A stretch of DNA of 64,000 nucleotides from an uncultured bacterium (GTDB lineage: Bacteria; Patescibacteriota; Dojkabacteria; J137), in NCBI GenBank assembly GCA_963700155.1, contig OY969472.1, positions 744,690 through 808,689 on the forward strand. Direction: 5' to 3'. Numbering within the stretch: the first letter of the stretch is position 1; each line of letters opens with the position of its first letter. Shown in pieces: positions 19,763 through 29,656 of the stretch. Below the pieces are notes generated by a model that was not told the DNA's origin, searched no databases, and saw only the letters and a program-made list of their open reading frames with translations. Made by a program: the position numbers and the translations under genes.

Positions 19763-22700
19763 ATGAAAGACTTCAGTACAGACTTAAATAATAGAAAAAG
19801 AACTAAAAGTAGGCTGGATATTGCTAAAGAAAATAGATTAAGAAGAGGCTCAAAATCTTACAAAATAAAGGGCAAAAAGGGTTTGTTTAGAGGAAGAAAA
19901 CTTGGCAAAAGAGTAAAAAAAATATTACTTGTACTACTTCTAGTAATTGTTATAGCTTCAGTTATTGGCGGAGTAAGAGTTCTTGCTTACCTACAGGATT
20001 TAAATGATAACTTACCGACTCCTGATAAAGTTTTCCCTGATCTTCCTGTTGCTAGTGAAATTTATGACAGAAAAGCATTAGAAAGTGATGGTACTGGTAC
20101 TACTCTATATAGAATATTCAATCAATATAACAGCGATCCAGTTGATATTAAACAAGTTCCGGATATTGTAAAATGGTCATTTCTTGCAGCTGAAGATAGT
20201 GATTTTTACACACATGGTGGTTTTGACTTAGTAGCTTTGGTAAGATGTGGATTTGCATATGTTAAAGCTGGAGGAACAGTATCTTGTGGAGGAAGTACAA
20301 TCACACAGCAGTTAGTAAAAATCACTGCTTTAACTAGTGATCCTACTCTTCAAAGGAAAATTGAAGAGCTATTACTCGCTACCAAGGTAGAACAGTTGTA
20401 TGATAAAGACACGATTTTAGAAATGTATTTAAGAGTAGCTCCATTTGGATCAAATATTTATGGAGTAAAGACTGCAGCCAATTTTTACTTTGGAAAAGAA
20501 CCTAAAGATCTTGATTTAGCACAAGCTACTTTATTAGCAGCCATAATACAGGATCCCATAAGGCTTTCTCCTACTCTTTCTCCCGATAAGACTCAAATTT
20601 TTTGTCGATTATCGGATGGTTTAATTATTGATTCAAATAATGTTAATAAAGGAGATGATGGAAAATTTTATGATAGTGGCAATGAAGTAATACAAGCTCC
20701 TAGAGTTAAGTGTAGACAACTCTATATCCTTAACCAAATGGAAGTGAAAATGGATCAGATAAATAATCAGACAAGAATAAATCATAACGATCCTAATCTT
20801 GAGGATGTACTTACTAAAGATGAGATTGATGCTGCTAGGACTGAAAAATTAAAGTACAAAGATCCAGTTTTTGACAAGAAGGCTGGCCATTTTGTAGATT
20901 ATGTCCTTGACGCTCTAACAACTCGAAACTACAATAATGGCCAGCCCTTCACAACTGAAGATCTCCAAAAAGGAGGTTACAAAATCTATACGACATTAGA
21001 CTATGGAATACAACAAGTAGCCGAAAGCTATGCTGCAAAAGCTGTAGATGAGAATAAACAGTTTAATATGAATAATGCAGCTGTAATGACAGTAACTCCA
21101 AGTAATGGTGAAATTATTGCAATGGCTGGTTCAAGGGATTTTTATGGCAAGAGTGAAGGATGTGATAAAGATGGACAGAATTGTAAATTTGATCCTCAGA
21201 CTAATATTTTTAGGACATTACAATCTCCAGGATCTTCGAACAAGCCACTTGGCTTTGAAGTAGCTTATGAGGAAGGCAAATTATTTACAGGAAGTTTACT
21301 TCCAGATATCCCTGTTACAGTAACTGATACAAGTGGTGTTGAATATTCTCCAAAGGATTGGAATGGTGGATTTCTAGGATTAGGCTCAGCAGAATATATG
21401 TTAAGAGAATCAAGAAATTTACCGGCTATAAATGTAATTCAAATGATTGGGGTGAGTAAATATCTTGATACTGCAAGAAAATGGGGATACACAACTTACA
21501 CTGATGATAGTCAATATGGGCTTTCAGTAATACTTGGAGGAGCTGATGTATATCCAGATGAACATGTTCAGGCTTACAGTGTATTTGCCAATAATGGTGA
21601 TCTTGTAAAACTCAATCCTATTTTGAAAATTGTTGATAAAGATGGCAATACTGTTTATGAGGCTAAGCCTGAAAGAGAAAATGTAGCAAAGCCCCAAGGT
21701 GTTTATTTAGTGAATGAATCATTATTGAACTTACATGATTTATCTTGGGATGGAAGAGATGTTGCAGCAAAGACTGGAACTTCAGAAGATAGCAAAGATG
21801 CGTGGACTGTAGAATGGTCACCAGATTTTATCACATTAGCATGGGGTGGAAATAATAATAATGATCCTATGGATCAATATTATGGATATCCTCCTTATGT
21901 AATTATTCCCTGGCTTAAACAATATATGACCGATATTGGTGGAGCCTCTTACTTCTCTGCTAAGACTCAATTTACAAGACCTGGATTTGTTTATCAAGGT
22001 GGAGGTGACTGTAATTCTGATGGTGAATGTTTAGGAATAGAAAAAGGATGGTTAATTCAAGATGTTAACCCACCAAGAGACATAATTAAGAAGAAGTTTT
22101 TAGTATGTAGTGACCAACTTGATAGATTGGCTAGACCAATTGATATTGCAATGGGTAAATCGGTCAAGATGAAATTTACGTATTATAAAATGCCAGTAGC
22201 TGAATGGCAGCACTTTCTAGACGATTATTTGAAAAGCAAAGGAATTTCAAATGTATTCCCTACAGAACCATGTAATATTGACAGAAGCGGTGGTGTAAGT
22301 GGACCATTTTTTAGTTTTACTTCGGTAAGTGGCTCTTCAACTAGTTCAATAAATATAAAAGGTGGAATTTATACTTCTAATTCAGGTGCAAGTATAAGCA
22401 GTTCTACTTTTGTTCTAGATGGTAAAAATATACCTAGTTGTACTCCATCCAATTATGATTCATTTGATATAACGTGTGATATTTCATCTTTAGGGATTCC
22501 GGATAATGGTAAGTATCAATTTTATGCTAATGCTACTGATTCAAAAGGTGTAAATAATAGTTCCTCTACCATATCTGTGGTTATTGGATCTCAAACCACG
22601 GGCAATCTAAGTGTAGATATAGGTTCTCCAATAGGTAATAATTATGCTGTTACTGCACATTTCACAGGATCATATAATTTAGATGGACTGACTTTATATA

Positions 22701-22885
22701 TGATTAAAAATAGTGGCTCAGCAGTGTCCCTGGGCAATATGTCACATGTAGGAAGTAATTATGTTTATGATTGGAATTCTTCAAGTTATGGTTCAGGTAA
22801 ATATAAATTCTACGTTAAGGGAAATATTCAAAGTAGTACAGGTATAGTACAATCAGCAAATAGCTCAGAAATTACAGTACCTTAA
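19763..22885 (+). CDS. Class A penicillin-binding protein (transglycosylase/transpeptidase) with C-terminal Ig-like extension
   Basis: EDSDFYTHGG, GGSTITQQLVK, SSNK (SxxK), SRN, KTGT motifs; N-terminal TM. Confidence 0.95.
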   Translation: MKDFSTDLNNRKRTKSRLDIAKENRLRRGSKSYKIKGKKGLFRGRKLGKRVKKILLVLLLVIVIASVIGGVRVLAYLQDLNDNLPTPDKVFPDLPVASEIYDRKALESDGTGTTLYRIFNQYNSDPVDIKQVPDIVKWSFLAAEDSDFYTHGGFDLVALVRCGFAYVKAGGTVSCGGSTITQQLVKITALTSDPTLQRKIEELLLATKVEQLYDKDTILEMYLRVAPFGSNIYGVKTAANFYFGKEPKDLDLAQATLLAAIIQDPIRLSPTLSPDKTQIFCRLSDGLIIDSNNVNKGDDGKFYDSGNEVIQAPRVKCRQLYILNQMEVKMDQINNQTRINHNDPNLEDVLTKDEIDAARTEKLKYKDPVFDKKAGHFVDYVLDALTTRNYNNGQPFTTEDLQKGGYKIYTTLDYGIQQVAESYAAKAVDENKQFNMNNAAVMTVTPSNGEIIAMAGSRDFYGKSEGCDKDGQNCKFDPQTNIFRTLQSPGSSNKPLGFEVAYEEGKLFTGSLLPDIPVTVTDTSGVEYSPKDWNGGFLGLGSAEYMLRESRNLPAINVIQMIGVSKYLDTARKWGYTTYTDDSQYGLSVILGGADVYPDEHVQAYSVFANNGDLVKLNPILKIVDKDGNTVYEAKPERENVAKPQGVYLVNESLLNLHDLSWDGRDVAAKTGTSEDSKDAWTVEWSPDFITLAWGGNNNNDPMDQYYGYPPYVIIPWLKQYMTDIGGASYFSAKTQFTRPGFVYQGGGDCNSDGECLGIEKGWLIQDVNPPRDIIKKKFLVCSDQLDRLARPIDIAMGKSVKMKFTYYKMPVAEWQHFLDDYLKSKGISNVFPTEPCNIDRSGGVSGPFFSFTSVSGSSTSSINIKGGIYTSNSGASISSSTFVLDGKNIPSCTPSNYDSFDITCDISSLGIPDNGKYQFYANATDSKGVNNSSSTISVVIGSQTTGNLSVDIGSPIGNNYAVTAHFTGSYNLDGLTLYMIKNSGSAVSLGNMSHVGSNYVYDWNSSSYGSGKYKFYVKGNIQSSTGIVQSANSSEITVP

Positions 22886-22931
22886 TTGCGTTTTAATTTT
22901 CACTTAGTGAGTGAATATATTATTGGAAACT

Positions 22932-23273
22932 TTATTTTACCTGTGTTACTAATTGTTTGAAGTGTTCTGGTTGAGATAACGCCATTTCTGCAAGATTTTT
23001 TCTATCGATCCCAATGTTCTTAGCTTTTAAACCACTAATAAATTTGCTGTAACTTAAATCTTCTGTAGAAAGTGCTGCCGATATGGTTTTTATCCATTCA
23101 GTTCTAATCTGGCTTTTTCTATGTTTTCTATGAGCATAGCTGTATTGTCCCGCATGTAAAACTGCTTCTTTTGCTTTTCTATAAAGCTTATGATATGTCA
23201 TTCTATAACCTGAAGCAAGTTTTAGAATTTTTTTATGTCTTCGTGTTTTAGTTGTTCCTCTTTTAATTCTCAT
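22932..23273 (-). CDS. rplT: 50S ribosomal protein L20
   Basis: MRIKRG...RRHKKILKLASGY...IDRKNLAEMA. Confidence 0.98.
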   Translation of the reverse strand: MRIKRGTTKTRRHKKILKLASGYRMTYHKLYRKAKEAVLHAGQYSYAHRKHRKSQIRTEWIKTISAALSTEDLSYSKFISGLKAKNIGIDRKNLAEMALSQPEHFKQLVTQVK

Positions 23274-23276
23274 TTT

Positions 23277-23489
23277 TTATATTACTAATAATCTTTTAAT
23301 TTTTTTAACTGTACCTTTCGATGTTATCACAAAGTTATCTGGTACAAGCTTTCTTTGTGATTTTCTTTTGCTTTTCAAATGGGCGTTATTCCTATTCTGC
23401 ATATGTTTTCTAATTATTTTACCAGTACCTGTAACTCTAAACCTTTTAGCAGTTCCTTTATGTGTTTTTAATTTATATTTTTTTGCCAT
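23277..23489 (-). CDS. rpmI: 50S ribosomal protein L35
   Basis: KLKTHKGTAKRFRVTGTGK. Confidence 0.97.
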   Translation of the reverse strand: MAKKYKLKTHKGTAKRFRVTGTGKIIRKHMQNRNNAHLKSKRKSQRKLVPDNFVITSKGTVKKIKRLLVI

Positions 23490-23491
23490 TT

Positions 23492-24013
23492 TTATTTATT
23501 TTTTAAAACTACTGATAAATCTCTTCCTTGATTACTTACTTCCCCAACTTCGGAAGAAAATTCTAAATATTTATTTCTTAATTTTTCAAAATTGTCTTGC
23601 ATTTGTTCTTTCGTTGTTTTTCTTTCATGTCTCATCACTATTTTTGCGACTCCTCCCTTCTCAATATGCTTCCTAATTTTCTCAAGTTTAATATTCATTT
23701 CAAAATCTTGAGTGGCTCCTGTAAATCTCCACTCTTTTGTTTCTACAGTTTTGCTTTTATTCTTTCTTAATTTCTTACTTTTTTCGTATTTGAACTTGGA
23801 CCAATCAACAATTCTTGCAACAGGGTTTTCACTATTAGGTGAGACTAAAACCAAATCAAGTTCTTTGTTTCTGGCTACATTAAGAGCTTCATCTCTTGTC
23901 AATTTACCTAAGTTTACTCCCTCTTCGTCGATTACTATTAAATTTGGCAGCCTGATTCTCTCGTTCACATCATAAATAGGAATTTGAGGCGCTACTTTTT
24001 TTATTTTCCTAAT
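23492..24013 (-). CDS. infC: Translation initiation factor IF-3, probable ATT start at 24013
   Basis: NERIR...LDLVLVSPN...PVARIVDWSKFKYE; frame extends from GTG 23968 to ATT 24013 giving 173 aa; AUU start is the known infC autoregulatory start. Confidence 0.93.
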   Translation of the reverse strand: MRKIKKVAPQIPIYDVNERIRLPNLIVIDEEGVNLGKLTRDEALNVARNKELDLVLVSPNSENPVARIVDWSKFKYEKSKKLRKNKSKTVETKEWRFTGATQDFEMNIKLEKIRKHIEKGGVAKIVMRHERKTTKEQMQDNFEKLRNKYLEFSSEVGEVSNQGRDLSVVLKNK

Positions 24014-24108
24014 TTTTTTTATAGTTAGACAAACAAATTAATATTTAAAAAATCTTACAATGATAGCAAAAGTATTGATATATCGCAAGATATAAACGCC
24101 AAGATAGG

Positions 24109-25647
24109 TTAAATTTTCATCAAAGATTCTATACTTTTTATTAACTCATTCATGCTAATTAAACCTTGATCAATGTTTTTATGTCTGACAGATACTGAAT
24201 TATTTGCCTGTTCTTTTTCGCCAACAATAATCTGGATTGAAGATTTATTTTGCTCCGCTAAATAAATCTTCCTTTTTAGGCTAATAGACCTAAAATCAAC
24301 ATCTGAAATAATACCATTTTCTTTGAGAGTTTCCTGAACTTTATAAGCATATTCCATATAATTTTTGTTGATTGGGATAATTACTACTTGCTTAGGTGAT
24401 ATCGACTGAGGGATTTCGCCCTTATTATGCTCGAGTATATAAGCAAAGATAGCAAATGAATTCAAAAGATATTCTATTGAGACTGCAATTTTTTTATCAC
24501 TTGTTTGAATATCTTTTTCGAATTTTACCTCAGCTATATTCCATTCCCGATTAAAAATATCAATTGCTTTAAAACTTATAATAGTATCATTAGGATTTTT
24601 AGTTAATACCTTTGAGTGCGAAATCCCTTCTTTTTGTAACAGATTAGATATAACTGAAACTAAAGATGCTTCAGGATCTACATTATAAATATTAGCTTTA
24701 ACATCTATTTTTAATTCTTTTATAATGTCAGTTATATTTTCTATTTCTGAAGTGTGTGATAATTCATCACCTTCAATAAAATATTTCTTAATGAAAACAA
24801 CTCTATGAGTTTCTTTCTCATTCTTATATAGATTTACAGGTAAACTAACTTCGGTTTTATAAGTAATTGGAAACTCTTTTGGACTTCTTAATTTCGACGC
24901 AAAAATCTGATTTATAAATTCTGATAGGTCTTTGGAACTTTCTGAAGAATTAATATAAATTTCTTTCGAGTTAAATGGAAGTAGATATTTAAATATTATT
25001 TTATTAATTGAATTTAGTATTACTGTGCCATTTGTATTCAAGACAACTTTATCTTCTTCAAGTGCTAATCCTAATCCTTGGGTCTTAAGTATTTTTTTAT
25101 AGTTTCTTTCTCCTTCTTCTTCTTTTATTTTAAAGTAATCAGAAAGTTCATTTTTATTATTAAATACAATTCCATATATTCTTTGCATCTTTGGTCTAGA
25201 TGGGTCTTCATTCCAGTGAATATCCTCTATCCTGGTGATTTTTATTGCCCCTACTTCTCCTGTTGAATATGCATGTGGCCCTCGGCAAAGATCAATAAAT
25301 CCATCACCTGTTTTATAAAAACTTATTTCTTGGTCAGGAATGCTCTTTATAAGTTCTGCTTTATAAGTTTGACCTCTTTGAAGCAGGAGATTCATTGCCT
25401 CTTCTCTATTTAGAATAATTTGCTGCATTGGAAGATTCTCTTTAATAATTTTATCTGCCTCCTTCTCTATTCTAGGGAAATCTTTCTCAGTTAATGGTTT
25501 TGTTAAATCTACATCATAGTAGAATCCATCTTTTGTAACTGGCCCAATTCCGAGTTTTACACTTGGTTTAAGGCGTGTTAAAGCAGCAGCAAGTATATGT
25601 GCTCCTGTATGTTTCACTTTGTCAGGTACCGGTGTTATTGTATACAT
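24109..25647 (-). CDS. Threonyl-tRNA synthetase-like protein: editing and anticodon-binding domains intact, catalytic core degenerate
   Basis: HTGAH, IGP...GFYYD, DLCRGPH, QRIYG and C-terminal PKQVVIIP...VGEKE...VSVR present; KPMNCP, motif 2 and motif 3 not recognisable; thrS position upstream of infC. Confidence 0.85.
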   Translation of the reverse strand: MYTITPVPDKVKHTGAHILAAALTRLKPSVKLGIGPVTKDGFYYDVDLTKPLTEKDFPRIEKEADKIIKENLPMQQIILNREEAMNLLLQRGQTYKAELIKSIPDQEISFYKTGDGFIDLCRGPHAYSTGEVGAIKITRIEDIHWNEDPSRPKMQRIYGIVFNNKNELSDYFKIKEEEGERNYKKILKTQGLGLALEEDKVVLNTNGTVILNSINKIIFKYLLPFNSKEIYINSSESSKDLSEFINQIFASKLRSPKEFPITYKTEVSLPVNLYKNEKETHRVVFIKKYFIEGDELSHTSEIENITDIIKELKIDVKANIYNVDPEASLVSVISNLLQKEGISHSKVLTKNPNDTIISFKAIDIFNREWNIAEVKFEKDIQTSDKKIAVSIEYLLNSFAIFAYILEHNKGEIPQSISPKQVVIIPINKNYMEYAYKVQETLKENGIISDVDFRSISLKRKIYLAEQNKSSIQIIVGEKEQANNSVSVRHKNIDQGLISMNELIKSIESLMKI

Positions 25648-25886
25648 TTTTCAAGATTGATATAAAGGTAAAATTAATATGTCACTCTAGATTATAAATT
25701 GAATATGGTTTTTATTAAAGTCTTAAGATTTGATAAGTAATATCCTTTTAAAATTGTTCATTTTCTTAATCAGTAAAATAGTTCTATATACTCAAAGTGA
25801 TTATTGGTATGTTATGTTTATGTATCCAAGGAGTATTAAGTTGTTTATCGTAAATGCTATTAAAAATCAATATAGAACATTAAAAA

Positions 25887-25915
25887 TTGATTTTTTAGAT
25901 GTTATTAGTTACAAT
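25887..25915 (+). promoter_or_regulatory. Sigma70-like promoter of the GT2 operon
   Basis: TTGATT-17-TACAAT. Confidence 0.6.
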
Positions 25916-26025
25916 CATAATAGAGCCTACGCTATCCTCAAAGTTTGGCGACATAGCTAACTCAGGCTCATGTAGGCTTCATGTGAGGTAAAATTCTTGG
26001 GTTTTCTCACTTCCAAGATTGAACT

Positions 26026-26037
26026 CGCTCTTTAACA
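26026..26037 (+). promoter_or_regulatory. boxA-like element CGCTCTTTAACA in the GT2 leader
   Basis: 11/12 match to E. coli rrn boxA TGCTCTTTAACA. Confidence 0.55.
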
Positions 26038-26057
26038 TATCATTCGTAATTAAATAT

Positions 26058-26113
26058 TGTTTTGGTCTCCTCTATTTGTATTTTTTTAAGTATACATAGA
26101 GGAGATCAAAACA
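26058..26113 (+). other. Long hairpin immediately upstream of the GT2 Shine-Dalgarno
   Basis: TGTTTTGGTCTCCTCTAT pairs with ATAGAGGAGATCAAAACA (one G-U). Confidence 0.75.
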
Positions 26114-26129
26114 TTAGGGAGGGAATCCA

Positions 26130-27329
26130 ATGGCAGTAAGACTGATGGAACCCCAAATTCCTTCTCTGAGGGAGTTTGAGGAAGATGAACTTTGGGACTT
26201 GCTCTTCTATGGGCAAGCTCCAAAAAAACCTATAACACCTATCGTAGACTGTATGCTTCCTGCTCATGACGAGGAAGCAAACATCGAGGCAACCGTAGAG
26301 AGTTTGTTTTCACAAACTCTACAACCAAACCGTGTAATTGTTGCTGCAGATAACTGCAGCGACAATACTATCCCGATCCTTGAAAGATTGGTAGATAAAT
26401 ATCGTGGGCGGCTCATTTATTTTGAGACCGTTGATAATTCTGCCAAAAAAGCTGGAGCGCTGAATCAAGCGCTCCAGTACCTTTCACATGAGGCGCAGTA
26501 TGTGCTTCAGATGGATGCAGACACAAAGTTAAGCCCAAACTTGATAGAAGAAGCTATTAAAGAGCTTCGAGCTAATCACAAGTTGGGTGGTGTTTGTTCC
26601 AGGTTCGGAGTATTCCCCTACAAGGGGAAGAATCCATGGCATTGGTTTCTCTGGAAGTTACAGGAAATGGAGTACGCTACAAGCGACTCTAGCCGAGTTG
26701 AAGGCCTTGGGGGTACGAAAGTCCTCTCAGGGGCCGTCGTAGTATTCTGGAGATTTGCTCTTGAGCAAGTGTCGTGGGAACATGGCCTTAGTGAACCAGA
26801 ACAGAAAGATAAGGGAAATGTGTGGTCTGAGAGCACAATTGTCGAAGACTATTCATTGACCCTTGACCTGAAGGAACTTGGATGGAAAGTCCAAGCCGGG
26901 ATGGGCATGATGTCGTGGACCGATACCATGCTGACGTTGTGGGATCTCTGGGATCAGAGGTTCCGCTGGCATTACGGGACTTGGCTCGAGTTGGAGCGAC
27001 GCGGGTGGAATAAGACCACCCGTCACGATATTCTCGAGCTTTGTTTGCATTACTTCATATTGGTGTGCCTTGTGATTTTCTTAGGCACTTTGGTCGCGAT
27101 GGTGATAATTGGGATCCCGATTCAGTTCAACGCGATTGGGCTTTCGGTATTGCTCGTCGCGTGGGCAAATAGGTTGTACCGGTTCTCATATATGAGAGAG
27201 CCAAAATGGTACGATCTATTGATCGCGATCATTTTAATTCCTGAAGAAGTGTATTCTATCTACAGGAATATCAACCTGACCGTGGCTCTTATCCGGAGCT
27301 TGAGGACGAAGTCTCCGCAGAAGTGGTAA
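26130..27329 (+). CDS. Processive GT2 glycosyltransferase (PgaC/chitin/hyaluronan synthase-like)
   Basis: PAHDEE, DNCSD, KAGALN, DAD, VED, QRFRW; C-terminal TMs; SD GGAGG. Confidence 0.92.
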   Translation: MAVRLMEPQIPSLREFEEDELWDLLFYGQAPKKPITPIVDCMLPAHDEEANIEATVESLFSQTLQPNRVIVAADNCSDNTIPILERLVDKYRGRLIYFETVDNSAKKAGALNQALQYLSHEAQYVLQMDADTKLSPNLIEEAIKELRANHKLGGVCSRFGVFPYKGKNPWHWFLWKLQEMEYATSDSSRVEGLGGTKVLSGAVVVFWRFALEQVSWEHGLSEPEQKDKGNVWSESTIVEDYSLTLDLKELGWKVQAGMGMMSWTDTMLTLWDLWDQRFRWHYGTWLELERRGWNKTTRHDILELCLHYFILVCLVIFLGTLVAMVIIGIPIQFNAIGLSVLLVAWANRLYRFSYMREPKWYDLLIAIILIPEEVYSIYRNINLTVALIRSLRTKSPQKW

Positions 27330-27358
27330 ATGTTCGATAACAGGGAGGTATAACTACC

Positions 27359-27733
27359 ATGAACTACGATCCACCTTTCTTGCCGGTAACCGGAGCAGCT
27401 TTTGCCACTGGTGCTGGCGCATACTTACAATGGACGTGGCCAGTGATCCTGGCTGCGGCTGTTGTGTCGTTTGTAATTCTCGCATTTGGGATGATGCTCT
27501 TGCGACGGAATGAAAGCCGGCTGCTCAAATCCGGTGTCAAGGTTCGTCGCAGTACCCTCCCATACATGATCGGCGGAGTCATCGGCATTGTCGTGGGTAT
27601 CGTCGGCGCGGCGCTTGAATTACCCGCACTTTTCGTGATCCCAGCTATCCTGGTCTCGGTGATCCTCGTCGCGGCGCTGCTTGGGGGCTTTCGCAGCAAT
27701 TTCCCTAAACAGCAGCTCGCCCAAGTCGAATGA
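27359..27733 (+). CDS. Small membrane protein with N-terminal LPVTG motif
   Basis: SD GGAGG; LPVTG, TM, RR, then two more TMs. Confidence 0.8.
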   Translation: MNYDPPFLPVTGAAFATGAGAYLQWTWPVILAAAVVSFVILAFGMMLLRRNESRLLKSGVKVRRSTLPYMIGGVIGIVVGIVGAALELPALFVIPAILVSVILVAALLGGFRSNFPKQQLAQVE

Positions 27734-27742
27734 TGTGTTAGA

Positions 27743-27774
27743 AGGGGGCGGTCCGACGTGTCGGACCGCCCCCT
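27743..27774. terminator. Perfect GC-rich hairpin between convergent genes
   Basis: AGGGGGCGGTCCGAC-GT-GTCGGACCGCCCCCT. Confidence 0.75.
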
Positions 27775-27843
27775 AAAACTTTCTTTTATAAATTCAAAAA
27801 TTTCTACTCTACTATAATCTTGAAATAGGTCGAATATTTTTAT

Positions 27844-29481
27844 TTAATTCTCTTGAGTTGCTTCTGGAGTGCTGAGTATTGCTTGATTATTCCCAATATC
27901 AAATTCAAAAATTGGAACCATTCTAGCTTGAAGTAATGGTGCAATATTTGGATCTACAGGTTCGTCTGCATAAGGCTCAGCACAGTAAAATCCAAGCAAA
28001 TCTCTTACAGGGTCAAGTGGCGGCCCATCATAATCTGAAAACTCGAGGATATCAACCGGCCCTCTTAAACCAGCAGCTTCATCTATAAAAGCTTGATTCA
28101 AAGCTTGGGTTTGTTGTGGGCTGATATAAAATAATCCTATTAATTTACCGTGTTCAGTATTCCCATTTTGAGTTATCGTGAATGGTGCATCTTTATAATA
28201 ATCTCGCCTTATCTTTCCTTCTGCTGAAGTAACATTAGTCCAGGCTAATTGGCTTCCAGTTTCTTCTACGTCTGCTCTTAATGGATCTGCAGGAAATTGG
28301 GACCCGTTTGCTAAATATCCTGAGTGAATAGTTTGAACTAAAACTCCATTATATTGCATCCAAACTGGATTGTCTTGTGCAAAAGGATCTCCAGCTAAAA
28401 AATTATCAGTAGGATTCATTTGTCTAGGATAAATTAGTAAATCAAATTCATTTCTGTTCCAAACTTGAGCAGGCTTTTCTATAACTAATTCAGTTAATGG
28501 ACCTTTCTCAATACCAATAGTCCCAAAGTTAATTGAACCTATATGGAAAGGCACAAAATTTTCTACTTCAAATCTTGGTATGATTGATAAAGTTGTTGGT
28601 CTATTCATTCCAAATAGATTCCAGAATTGTATATCTGGAACTGTAAGATTTGGATCTCTTCTACGATATAATCCAATAAATACATCTCTAAAAGCATTAT
28701 TTAATTGGATAATAAACTCAGGGTTCATAAAGTCTTCTGGAGTATATTTAACTTTACCTCCTGTTAGTATATCTGATGCTAAATTACTCAATATTTGGAA
28801 AGCTTGATCAACTGTAAGGTTAGTTCCAACTCCCTGGATATAATAATCATACGAATTTCCATTAATTCCATGTTCTTCTTTATATGCTTGTTGAATAATT
28901 TCTAAAAAGGCTCTAAAGTTACCGTAAGTGATTTCAGAATATAATTGTTCAGGAGTTTGTATACCTGCAACTTCATTTAAATAGCCATTATTATATAACC
29001 CTGCAGCAACAGCATTATATTGCAACGATTGCAGAAATTCTTCTGCAACTAAACTTTGAGTTACATTACTTAAATGATCCTTCCCAAAAGATATACTGCT
29101 AAACTGAACAGTACCATCTCCGCTCACCTCCATCATCGTAGATCCCCAGCTTCCTCCTCTATTGTGCTCAATATCATAAGTAATTTCATCACTTGTAATA
29201 ATGGGTATTTGGTCAATAAATGCTTCAATTTGAGCATCGCTCATTTCAGGGTGAAATAGCTTGACACTATTATGTATAAAGCTTCTAATTTCAGGATTAT
29301 TAAATGCGTAATTGATTGAGGGATATTGATTATGTGGAATGATAATTGCATCTGGTGATAAAACAATATTTATAGGTGTTGGATCAGCTGGTAAATTTGA
29401 TTGTGCATCAATAGATTGTTGTGAACCAATCCCAAGCATTGATGCTGTTATTGCCAGTGCCGCTAAACTCTTTCTATTCAT
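27844..29481 (-). CDS. Secreted protein, possible divergent sortase-like C-terminal domain
   Basis: Signal peptide; C-terminal TIHSG...LLGFYC...QARMV in sortase His-Cys-Arg order (inference). Confidence 0.55.
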   Translation of the reverse strand: MNRKSLAALAITASMLGIGSQQSIDAQSNLPADPTPINIVLSPDAIIIPHNQYPSINYAFNNPEIRSFIHNSVKLFHPEMSDAQIEAFIDQIPIITSDEITYDIEHNRGGSWGSTMMEVSGDGTVQFSSISFGKDHLSNVTQSLVAEEFLQSLQYNAVAAGLYNNGYLNEVAGIQTPEQLYSEITYGNFRAFLEIIQQAYKEEHGINGNSYDYYIQGVGTNLTVDQAFQILSNLASDILTGGKVKYTPEDFMNPEFIIQLNNAFRDVFIGLYRRRDPNLTVPDIQFWNLFGMNRPTTLSIIPRFEVENFVPFHIGSINFGTIGIEKGPLTELVIEKPAQVWNRNEFDLLIYPRQMNPTDNFLAGDPFAQDNPVWMQYNGVLVQTIHSGYLANGSQFPADPLRADVEETGSQLAWTNVTSAEGKIRRDYYKDAPFTITQNGNTEHGKLIGLFYISPQQTQALNQAFIDEAAGLRGPVDILEFSDYDGPPLDPVRDLLGFYCAEPYADEPVDPNIAPLLQARMVPIFEFDIGNNQAILSTPEATQEN

Positions 29482-29574
29482 AGATGTAATAATAACTTAT
29501 AAATATGAATTTGAAAAGAAGAATTGCTATTTGTACGGTGTATCAAGCTTTAAGAGAATATACCCAGTGAATAA

Positions 29575-29647
29575 TGAGCGGTAGAGGGTTCGAACCTCTG
29601 ACCTTACCCACGTCAAGGGTGCGCTCTACCAGCTGAGCTAACCGCTC
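29575..29647 (-). tRNA. tRNA-Val (GAC)
   Basis: GAGCGGTTAGCTCAGCTGGTAGAGC...TT GAC GT...GTTCGAACC; CCA not encoded. Confidence 0.95.
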
Positions 29648-29656
29648 ATCATTTAA

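Noticed and set aside
25730-25960. 76-aa ORF in the track
   Set aside because: TTG start, AT-rich intergenic region overlapping the GT2 promoter; probably spurious
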